Shown here in pieces: positions 56,463 through 64,000 of a stretch of DNA of 64,000 nucleotides. The notes under the pieces were generated by a model, which was not told the origin of the DNA, made no database searches, and worked only from the letters and a program-made list of their open reading frames with translations. Source of the DNA: Caldisericia bacterium (GTDB lineage Bacteria > Caldisericota > Caldisericia > UBA6126); contig JAXGOZ010000006.1 of NCBI GenBank assembly GCA_040767255.1, forward strand, positions 2,706-66,705, written 5' to 3'. The position numbers and the translations under genes are program-made. The stretch's first letter is position 1. The number at the start of each line of letters is the position of its first letter.

Positions 56463-57521
56463 TTATTCCGATAACACTTTTTTCATCAATGCAATAAATT
56501 GTTCACAATCTTCTTCCGTTGTATCATAGGATGTCATCCAGCGATACTCAGAAGTTGCGAAATCCCAAGGATAGAAAAAGGATATATCTTGCATTTTAGA
56601 TGCTTTTTCTTTTGGAAGTCGCACAAAAACTGCATTCGATTCTACAGGTCTGGTAATAGTAATTTGAGGGAGATCTCTTTGAATCTTGCTTTGGAGAAAT
56701 TTTGCTAATCGGTTGGAGATTATTGCATTGTGCAGCCATAGATCTTCATCAAAGTAAGCCAGGAACTGAGCAGAAATGTACCGCATCTTGGAGGCAAGCT
56801 GTGCATTTTGCTTTCGAAAGTATTTCGCTTCATTTGCTAATTCTTTGGAGGCAAAAACCAATGCCTCACCATAAGCAAGCCCATTTTTAGTTCCACCAAA
56901 TGATAGAACATCAACTCCGCAATCAATTGTTAGAGCGCGCAGTGATACATCTAATGTAGCAGCTGCGTTTGCAATGCGTGCCCCATCCATATGAACGAGC
57001 ATTTTGTTTTTATGAGCAAAATTGCAAATGCTACGAATTTCTTCCAGAGTATACACTGTACCAAGTTCTGTTGCTTGTGTAATGGAAACCACCCTAGGCT
57101 GGGAATGGTGTTCTACTCCCATGAATTCTGTAAATGGTTCTAATTGATCAGGGGATAATTTCCCTAGGTGATTGGGTATAACTTTTAGCGAACAACCTGT
57201 TATCTTTTCGGGACTTCCACACTCATCGCATACTATATGAGCAGTATTTGTTGTGACAATGGAATGAAACGGTTTTGTGATACAGGATAAACCAGTAATG
57301 TTAGCTCCTGTTCCGTTATACACAAAACATGTTTCAGTAGAAGATCCAAAAATATGCCTAAAAACATCTTGGGCCCTTATTGTATAAGGATCATCTCCAT
57401 ATGCTATACAATGACCAACATTGGCCCTATTGATGGCTTCTATAACCTTAGGGTGAATGCCAGAGTTATTATCACTTGCAAAACTTTTATGAGCTGAACA
57501 ATGCGGCCATTGGACGTTCAT
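56463..57521 (-). CDS. Threonine aldolase-family PLP-dependent lyase (LtaE/GLY1-like)
   Basis: …SFASDNNSGIHPKV… is the conserved N-terminal motif. The PLP-Lys region is …SFGGTKNG…. ATG at 57521 is preceded by GGAGGAAA. The upstream extension to 57599 is hydrophobic and non-homologous. Confidence 0.75.
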   Translation of the reverse strand: MNVQWPHCSAHKSFASDNNSGIHPKVIEAINRANVGHCIAYGDDPYTIRAQDVFRHIFGSSTETCFVYNGTGANITGLSCITKPFHSIVTTNTAHIVCDECGSPEKITGCSLKVIPNHLGKLSPDQLEPFTEFMGVEHHSQPRVVSITQATELGTVYTLEEIRSICNFAHKNKMLVHMDGARIANAAATLDVSLRALTIDCGVDVLSFGGTKNGLAYGEALVFASKELANEAKYFRKQNAQLASKMRYISAQFLAYFDEDLWLHNAIISNRLAKFLQSKIQRDLPQITITRPVESNAVFVRLPKEKASKMQDISFFYPWDFATSEYRWMTSYDTTEEDCEQFIALMKKVLSE

Positions 57522-60500
57522 GGATTTCCTCCGATGGGATAGGTTGTATAGAGAAATGGTCAATAGAGTAAAAAGAAGCATTATGAGAGGGATCTTCAAG
57601 TGCTATAGACTGAAAAAGATGTAGCAGCGATGAGTGGCAAGAAAAAAATAATATTTGATGTTTATCTGACAATTCTAATAGCAACCTGGCAGTTTTTCTT
57701 TGTCTTTCTGCATCAAACCGTAACAAAATATCGTCTAAAAACAAAGGTAGTGTTTCTCCGTGGTCGCTTAACTCCTGAATAAGCCCTGTTCGAATAGCGA
57801 GATATACCTGATCTGCTAACCCTTCGCTCCATTCATCTTCGGTTTTTCTTTTATGTGTTGTGTCGAATAGTACAAAACTATCAGATTTATCTTCTTCTGA
57901 GCTTGTTTTCATCAATTGGTACCGATGGTCGGTAATCTCGTATATCCATTGGCTTGCAAAGCGAATCACACCAGGTTGTTGTTTCTCTTCGAAAACGGAT
58001 TTTGTTTGTTGAATCAAGGAATATGCTACTACATTGGTTAGCCACTCTTCTGCTTTTTCATGAATAGAAACTTCGATTGATTCTTTCTTTTGATGAAGTT
58101 GCTCCATTTCTGTATTCAACGAAAGATCTTCTTTTCTTTGCTGTAACTTGCCTCGTTTTTCAACGGCTTCATTGGTGTTGTGTTTTATTCTTTCAATCTG
58201 TTCATAACAGTTCTTTAACCGGGTTTCATTGTCCTGAAAATCAAGCTCGGAAAGAATTTTACAGACATTCGCCCATTGTTCTTCATTTCCAACTCTGCCA
58301 TAAAGCCTTTGGTACAAAGTTTCCTGTTCTTCTTTTCTGGTGCGATAACGTTCATAGTGGGCTGTCTGAGATTCAAGCTGTTCGAGGTGATCTACGTGGT
58401 AGGACTCTAATAGCGAATCAAATTGATCTTTTCTTTGAGCAAGATGCTCAAGTATCTCAGATTGGTGGTTTTTTTCTTGCGCAATTTTCGTTTCTATTTC
58501 ATTTTTCCGTCGTTGAGACTCTTCTGTATCTGATAACAATGTTTGTAATTGTGTTATGGAATCTGCATTAAAGCGATCCAAAGAGCGTTCTTCGCCAATC
58601 TGACTAAAAAGGTTTTGTAGTTGTTTCTGCACCGTATGTATTGTGTTTTGTACCAATATCAAGCGATTTGAGAATTCTTGTAATACTGCCCATGTATTTT
58701 GGGCATCTTTCATGATGGAAAAAAGAAAATCTGCATCTTGAATCAATACTTGGTTGGAAAGATGGTGGGTTTGTTTCCAACTATTCCATTGATCTGCAAT
58801 CTCTTTTTGTTGATCCTTTGCAATCATCTGCTCTTCCTTCATTCTTTGCATTTGAGATGACACCTGCATTAGATCGGAATCAATGTCTTGTATAGTTTCT
58901 TTCCAACGAATTATCTGCTGTTCTGATTCGCGTTGTTTTTCAAGTTGTTTCTCCCACGACAATAGCAAAGATGTGATTCCAGCATAGGAGCAAGACTCCA
59001 GCGGTAGATTGTTTGTCTTGCAATAGGATTGAATTTCATTTTGCATAAGAGTAGTATCATTTGTTTGTCGTTGTTGGCGAGTGAAAAAGTGAAAAAAGAA
59101 AAGCACAAGAACACTAATAAAACCAACTGCTACCGAAACATTCCGAATCAACGGTAGAGAGGGAGAAAGGAGGATTCCAAAAAAACTCGCGAGAAGAGCG
59201 ATATACGGTATCAAGAAGAATGCTTTAAATGAAGATGCGAAAGAATAGGGTTTCCTGGAGGATTCAATCTTTTTTTGTTGCATATAAGAGAGATGTTTTT
59301 GAAACTCTTTGCACTGCTCATATTGAACCAATAGAGTAGAGTATTCATTTTGAGAAAGTATTTGAGATTTCTTTTCCTTTATATAACGGAGAGTTTTATC
59401 TCGCTTATGCTCTAGGTTGGAACGATCTTCTTCTAGTTTTGCTTTTAAGTGGTCCATGTTTTGATATTTTTGATCAATCTTCTCATATTCTTTTTTCCAG
59501 CGGTATATCTGTAATTCTTCTTCTGCAGTATGAAAAGAAATGTTTTGTAACACATTTTCATCCCACTGAGGATCAATTTTTGCCAAGATTACCTTGAGCT
59601 CATCTTCTCTCTTTTTCTTTTCAAGACTGATTACAGGATAATCTTCCAGAGCTTGAGCAAATTGCTTTTTTTTCTCAACGAGTTCTCGAATAGAAGGCCC
59701 AATCTCTAGGATATTTGAATGAATCTGGATTGAATTGTGTTCTTGCTGTAGTGTATCAAAGCTTCTTTGGATCTTCTTTAGTGATTCTTGCATATCTTGT
59801 ATTTCTTGATCCAATCTTTGGGCTTTTTCTAGAATGGTTTCCGAATACTCAAGGGAAGAGAAAATGGTCGGATATTGATCCAATTCCGTGCGAATTGTTT
59901 GATATCTTCCCCAGTCATTTTTCATCTCATTCCACAGGGTTCTATAGGAAGTTTCTTTTTCAAGTTCTTTGATCGTTTGCTGCATTTCTTGAATATGCTT
60001 GTTTAATGTACCTATTTCTTCATTCCATTTGATATATTCTGAACTCAGCAAGGCACGTTCTCGGATCTTTTTGTTCGTTTCCTTAAGTTCTTTGTGTAAT
60101 TTGTTCAATACTTGAACACGACCGCTTGGGATCAATATTTCTTTATATTGCTTCTGTAGTTGACCAAGAGCATGCGATAAAGATCGGACTCCATAACTAG
60201 CCGATAAAAATCTATTTTGCATTTCTTCTTTGTTCATGAATGACAAACCATTCCAGTCTTTGATATCCATACAGAAAACTTGACGAAATGTTTCTTTATC
60301 AATACCGTTCCACAGAGAATGATCAATTTCCTTACTGGAAACAGTTTGATCAGGATGAAGAATGGAGACTTTTTGATCTTGCCTTTGAATTTGGTATTCC
60401 TGATCCGTATCACTCACAATGTTCATTGTGCCAGATGGTTTGCCACCACCGAAGGGTGTATATCTACGATCTGTATTGGTTGCTTTTTTTGGAAAACCAA

Positions 60501-60642
60501 ACAACATTTGTTGAAAAAACTGTCTTAGTGTGGTTTTACCACTTTCATTTGAGCCGAAAAACAAGGAAAAACCTGGAAGAAACTCAAGTTTGGTTTTTTC
60601 ATATCCCCCAAATTGGTCGATAAAAATAGATTTAATTCTCAT
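57487..60642 (-). CDS. SbcC/SMC-like AAA ATPase with a central two-helix membrane hairpin (YhaN/SbcE-like)
   Basis: N-terminal Walker A GSNESGKTT is present. It has long coiled coils, a mid-protein hydrophobic hairpin (FFLIPYIALLASFFGILLS…VAVGFISVLVLFFFHFF), and C-terminal Walker B/D-loop LFLDDILLRFD. Length is 1051 aa. Confidence 0.8.
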   Translation of the reverse strand: MRIKSIFIDQFGGYEKTKLEFLPGFSLFFGSNESGKTTLRQFFQQMLFGFPKKATNTDRRYTPFGGGKPSGTMNIVSDTDQEYQIQRQDQKVSILHPDQTVSSKEIDHSLWNGIDKETFRQVFCMDIKDWNGLSFMNKEEMQNRFLSASYGVRSLSHALGQLQKQYKEILIPSGRVQVLNKLHKELKETNKKIRERALLSSEYIKWNEEIGTLNKHIQEMQQTIKELEKETSYRTLWNEMKNDWGRYQTIRTELDQYPTIFSSLEYSETILEKAQRLDQEIQDMQESLKKIQRSFDTLQQEHNSIQIHSNILEIGPSIRELVEKKKQFAQALEDYPVISLEKKKREDELKVILAKIDPQWDENVLQNISFHTAEEELQIYRWKKEYEKIDQKYQNMDHLKAKLEEDRSNLEHKRDKTLRYIKEKKSQILSQNEYSTLLVQYEQCKEFQKHLSYMQQKKIESSRKPYSFASSFKAFFLIPYIALLASFFGILLSPSLPLIRNVSVAVGFISVLVLFFFHFFTRQQRQTNDTTLMQNEIQSYCKTNNLPLESCSYAGITSLLLSWEKQLEKQRESEQQIIRWKETIQDIDSDLMQVSSQMQRMKEEQMIAKDQQKEIADQWNSWKQTHHLSNQVLIQDADFLFSIMKDAQNTWAVLQEFSNRLILVQNTIHTVQKQLQNLFSQIGEERSLDRFNADSITQLQTLLSDTEESQRRKNEIETKIAQEKNHQSEILEHLAQRKDQFDSLLESYHVDHLEQLESQTAHYERYRTRKEEQETLYQRLYGRVGNEEQWANVCKILSELDFQDNETRLKNCYEQIERIKHNTNEAVEKRGKLQQRKEDLSLNTEMEQLHQKKESIEVSIHEKAEEWLTNVVAYSLIQQTKSVFEEKQQPGVIRFASQWIYEITDHRYQLMKTSSEEDKSDSFVLFDTTHKRKTEDEWSEGLADQVYLAIRTGLIQELSDHGETLPLFLDDILLRFDAERQRKTARLLLELSDKHQILFFSCHSSLLHLFQSIALEDPSHNASFYSIDHFSIQPIPSEEIHERPMAALFSS

Positions 60643-61894
60643 TTTTCTCTTCCGCTAAAAGGGTAAGTCCAAGATATAACGCATTTGTAACAATGCTTTC
60701 CCATGGAATTGATGAATAGTCTTCAGGGAGCATTTTGAAAAGTTTATCCAGTGGCATATCTTTGAGCAATGCAGTTATCTCTACAGAAATATCTTTCGAG
60801 TCTAATAGCTCTTCGGCCTTATGGGCAAACAAGCTATTAAAATCTTTTCTTTTTTTTACGGCTTCAATGTCAATATCAGGCTTTGTCTGAAGATTGATTG
60901 ATTCAAGGTAACAATTCTCCTGTTCAAGATTTTCACGGATACTATCTTCGATTTCATGGATCTCTTTTTGAAGGATGTGGTGTAGGCTGGTACGGCCTTC
61001 TAGTGTGAAACGAAAAATGCCTGGTAAGGATTGAGTACTCTCAATCATAGCTTGGATAACATCCTCACTAATAGAATCAAGGGTACTGTCAGCTACTTGT
61101 AATGTAGGTTGAAACCAGAGAAATGAACTAGTCTCAATCCATCGATAGTCGACTTCTTGATCGTGAACATCAACAAGATAGAAACCTTTCTGCTGGGATT
61201 CATTGATATGCAAACCCTGCGTATTACCAGGATATATTACGGTTGGTTGGCTTTCATGTAAAACTTTTCTTGTGTGCACATGCCCCAACGCCCAGTAGTG
61301 AATATTGGATTGGAGCAAATCTTGGAGAGAGCATGGAGCATAATTTTCTGTACTGGGATCTCCTCCTACATTGCAGTGCAAAAGACCAATATTGAAGGTA
61401 TCTTGATCAAGAGATTGCGAGTGCTGTGCAATTTCTTGTGCAATGTTTTTTTGTACATCTCTCTTTGGATAGCTATAACCAACGATATTCACAAAAGGTT
61501 TTTCTTCGTGAGTGCGATAGAGACTTTTACAGAAAACATAGGGTGGAAACTGAAAAATAGTAGAGGGAAGTTCAGATTTTACTACCCAACTGTCAATAGG
61601 GTCATGATTGCCGTGAACAAATAAACACGGAATATTATGATCAGCTAGTAATTTCATTTGGTGAAGAAAAAAAAGCTGTGCTCGAACACTTTTATTGGAT
61701 GAATTGTACAAATCTCCAGCAATCAGTACAAAATCAACCTCCTGAGTAATTGCGGTTTGTACTACTTTTTCGAAAGAACGAAATGTAGATCCCTCAAGTA
61801 TCTTCCATATCCCTTCATTTGCAATATGAATTCCCTTAAAAGGAGCTTCTAAATGAAGATCACTACAATGAATAAATCGTATGTTCCTTGACAT
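60632..61894 (-). CDS. SbcD/Mre11-like DNA repair exonuclease (metallophosphoesterase, YhaO-like)
   Basis: Motifs are IHCSDLHLE, AGDLY, and HGNHD. ATG at 61894 is preceded by GAGGAA; the ORF track starts at GTG 61909. It overlaps the ATPase gene by 11 nt. Confidence 0.8.
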   Translation of the reverse strand: MSRNIRFIHCSDLHLEAPFKGIHIANEGIWKILEGSTFRSFEKVVQTAITQEVDFVLIAGDLYNSSNKSVRAQLFFLHQMKLLADHNIPCLFVHGNHDPIDSWVVKSELPSTIFQFPPYVFCKSLYRTHEEKPFVNIVGYSYPKRDVQKNIAQEIAQHSQSLDQDTFNIGLLHCNVGGDPSTENYAPCSLQDLLQSNIHYWALGHVHTRKVLHESQPTVIYPGNTQGLHINESQQKGFYLVDVHDQEVDYRWIETSSFLWFQPTLQVADSTLDSISEDVIQAMIESTQSLPGIFRFTLEGRTSLHHILQKEIHEIEDSIRENLEQENCYLESINLQTKPDIDIEAVKKRKDFNSLFAHKAEELLDSKDISVEITALLKDMPLDKLFKMLPEDYSSIPWESIVTNALYLGLTLLAEEKNEN

Positions 61895-61992
61895 GAATCT
61901 ATTCCTCACGAAAAAACTGGTTGTTTAGCATATTCCTTTTCAACATAAAACCATTATATAATAATAGTACCCTATTGGAACTGAGGTGAAAA

Positions 61993-62511
61993 TTGAGTAC
62001 AAATCAAGATTTGAAAATGCGTTCTTCTGTTCAATGGATGGTTCGATTAGCTATTTTGATTGCTATCACAATTGGTTTTCAAATGTTTAAGCTTCCACAA
62101 TTTATTACCGGTCCAGTTGTTAACCTTTTGTTATTAATAGCTTGTATGTTGCTGGGTGTTTGGGGCGGAGTTGCGCTTGGACTGGTTACTCCTTTAATTG
62201 CAATGGTTGCTGGAATCATGGGAAGACCAGAAATGGTACCTGTTATTATGGTTGCAAACACTGTTCTAGTCATTGCATTCTCTTTGTTTCGTGGCAAAAC
62301 CATTCAACTGTATAAAACTACGATTGGTATTGTTGTTGGTTCTATCTTGAAATATGGTGTTTTTGTGGTTGCGATCGCATACATCGTTTCTCTTCCACCT
62401 GCAGCTGCTCAAATGTTTGGAATAACACAGTTATTTACAGCCCTAAGTGGAGGTGTGTTGGCAGTCATTGTCGAAAAGGCATTGAGTAAAACCAACATTT
62501 TACAGCATTAA
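61993..62511 (+). CDS. ECF-transporter S component-like small membrane protein (substrate unknown)
   Basis: 172 aa with 5-6 TM helices and an organisation typical of ECF S-components. No upstream riboswitch is present to indicate the substrate. Confidence 0.5.
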   Translation: MSTNQDLKMRSSVQWMVRLAILIAITIGFQMFKLPQFITGPVVNLLLLIACMLLGVWGGVALGLVTPLIAMVAGIMGRPEMVPVIMVANTVLVIAFSLFRGKTIQLYKTTIGIVVGSILKYGVFVVAIAYIVSLPPAAAQMFGITQLFTALSGGVLAVIVEKALSKTNILQH

Positions 62512-62524
62512 AATCGCCTGATTC

Positions 62525-63427
62525 ATGGGGACTTTTTCTAAAGCTCGTGTATGGGCTAATATCTTAGTACTCGTTGCTGCTGCTTCTTGGGGGTTGTCAT
62601 TTGTCAGTATGAAGGCAATACTACTGGCAGGCATTCCACCCATGACAATGATCACTATTCGATATGGAATCGTAGCTTTTGTTTTTTCTTTAATGTTGGT
62701 ATTACGAAAAAGGAAAAAACACTTGCAATGGAAAGACCACATTATACTTTTCTTTAGTGGGCTGTCAGGAGTAGTGTTGTATTTTTGGTTTGAAGCCAGA
62801 GGTATTCTTTATACAACGGCTTCCAACGCTTCCATCATTATAGCTCTTATCCCCATTGTAACCGGATTGGTTTCTGGGCTCATCTACAAAATGCGCTTAC
62901 GTTTTTGGCAACTTATGTCGATAGGGATTTCTTTTATGGGGGCATATTTGTTAATTTCTACACAAGTATCTTCGAGTGCAGCTCCTGATCCTTTGAAGGG
63001 CAATCTGTTGATGCTCGGAGCTGTAGCTTGCTGGGTTTTGTTTACATTTATAGCTTCTTATCTGCATACCCGTATGGATACATTCTATGCAACCTCATGG
63101 CAAAGCATATATGGTTTTTTGCTCTTAATCCCTTTTGCTCTACTGGAAAAAGGATTCACAATGGCGATTCCATTGCATTTATGGATTCATTTTTTATATC
63201 TGTCGATTGTGTGTTCGGTATTGGCATTTTTGTTTTACAACTATGCAGTAAAAATCATTGGTGTTACCATTGTATCTACATATGTAAATTTTGTGCCTGT
63301 TGCAGGTGTGTTAGGTGGATTTTTTTTATTGCACGAAACAATGACTCCTCTGCAGTGGGTGGGGTCTCTTATTATCATAGTGAGTTTGTGGACGGTAAAC
63401 ATAGGGAAAAAATCGACAACCCCATAA
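62525..63427 (+). CDS. DMT-superfamily (EamA-like) transporter
   Basis: Two EamA repeats and 10 predicted TM helices. Length is 300 aa. Confidence 0.8.
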   Translation: MGTFSKARVWANILVLVAAASWGLSFVSMKAILLAGIPPMTMITIRYGIVAFVFSLMLVLRKRKKHLQWKDHIILFFSGLSGVVLYFWFEARGILYTTASNASIIIALIPIVTGLVSGLIYKMRLRFWQLMSIGISFMGAYLLISTQVSSSAAPDPLKGNLLMLGAVACWVLFTFIASYLHTRMDTFYATSWQSIYGFLLLIPFALLEKGFTMAIPLHLWIHFLYLSIVCSVLAFLFYNYAVKIIGVTIVSTYVNFVPVAGVLGGFFLLHETMTPLQWVGSLIIIVSLWTVNIGKKSTTP

Positions 63428-63491
63428 TTTGTCATTCTTTTCCAAATGACTTTGATATAATAAAGGCATAAACAATATTCTGGAGGTAGGT

Positions 63492-63986
63492 ATGAATTCG
63501 AACTACAAAGTACCGGTTCCCGAAAATGAACCGATTTTGTCGTATGCCCCAAATTCCCCTGAAAGATCTCAACTAAAAAACAAACTCGAAGAGATGTATC
63601 AAACTTCTTTGGAAATTCCTTTAATCATCCATGGTGAAGAAGTAAAAACTGGAAACTTGGGAAAATGCATATGCCCGCATGACCATCAGCACACTTTAGC
63701 AACCTTTCACCAAGCTGGAGAAAACGAGATACAAAGAGCAATCCAGTCCTCTCAAGAAGCTTGGAAAACATGGTCGGTGATGCCTTGGGAAGAACGAGTT
63801 GCAGTATTTTTACGTGCAGCGGAATTATTGGCAGGACCTTATAGAGCTGAAATGAATGCTGCCACTATGCTTTGTCAGAGCAAAAGTGCTTTTCAAGCTG
63901 AAATAGATTGTGTTGCAGAACTTGCTGATTTTCTTCGATACAATGCATATTTCATGCAAAACATATATCAAACACAACTCCAATAA
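63492..63986 (+). CDS. N-terminal part of L-glutamate gamma-semialdehyde (1-pyrroline-5-carboxylate) dehydrogenase (ALDH4/RocA-like). The reading frame breaks at 63984, 14 nt before the window end.
   Basis: The N-terminus …VPVPENEPILSYAPNSPERSQLK…IHGEEV… matches P5CDH. The homologous sequence appears to continue in another frame (…TPITPKVF) after the in-frame TAA. Confidence 0.6.
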   Translation: MNSNYKVPVPENEPILSYAPNSPERSQLKNKLEEMYQTSLEIPLIIHGEEVKTGNLGKCICPHDHQHTLATFHQAGENEIQRAIQSSQEAWKTWSVMPWEERVAVFLRAAELLAGPYRAEMNAATMLCQSKSAFQAEIDCVAELADFLRYNAYFMQNIYQTQLQ

Positions 63987-64000
63987 CTCCAAAGGTATTT

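Noticed and set aside
1-64000. CRISPR arrays, rRNA or tRNA genes, IS elements
   Set aside because: No regularly spaced direct repeats, rRNA-like conserved blocks or transposase-like ORFs were seen. The only structured RNA recognised is the tmRNA.

Overview
This 64-kb window comes from an AT-rich bacterial chromosome. The gene content (rpmF-plsX, YhaO/YhaN-type SbcCD paralogues, a group-3 sigma factor, copper-amine-oxidase-N-like wall-binding modules) suggests a Firmicutes/Clostridia-like organism, but that lineage is inferred, not proven.

Main contents, left to right:
- A 2,959-aa secreted giant surface protein (168-9047, minus), divergent from dnaA.
- dnaA, followed by convergent parB/parA. 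There is no dnaN.
- An iron-sulfur-flavoprotein-like FMN reductase and arsC.
- A compact type III restriction-modification operon (mod, a DUF1016/YhcG-like PD-(D/E)XK protein, res). It lies directly 3' of a tmRNA (ssrA) gene, is visibly GC-richer than its flanks, and is bounded distally by a degenerate copy of the tmRNA 3' end. I read this as a tmRNA-targeted genomic island.
- rpmF-plsX, a SAM methyltransferase, a PurM-like protein, an NHL-propeller protein and a BNR-propeller protein (both with C-terminal copper-amine-oxidase-N-like domain pairs), PlsY with an unusual C-terminal extension, and a C25 (gingipain-like) peptidase.
- gcvH (with an in-frame TAA), gcvPA and gcvPB.
- A sigma-70-family group-3 sigma factor, mnmG, and an amidohydrolase.
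- A tightly coupled five-gene operon of uncharacterised-domain proteins: AlbA_2/Schlafen-like, TldD/PmbA-like, DUF169, a membrane protein and DUF212. I consider this the best candidate for an undescribed system.
- A PAS protein with a pseudo-receiver domain, an ALDH7-type aldehyde dehydrogenase, and a FetAB-like ABC exporter.
- A 514-bp intergenic region carrying paired DnaA-box-like direct repeats.
- A cluster of envelope proteins (TauE family, CPBP protease, metallophosphoesterase, three uncharacterised secreted proteins).
- Threonine aldolase, a membrane-anchored SbcCD-like pair (YhaO/YhaN-like), an ECF S-component, a DMT transporter, and the 5' end of a P5C dehydrogenase gene.

Several genes look damaged or unusual: gcvH has an in-frame stop, the NHL protein has no start codon or signal peptide, and the P5CDH reading frame breaks at the window edge. 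These may be real pseudogenes or assembly errors.
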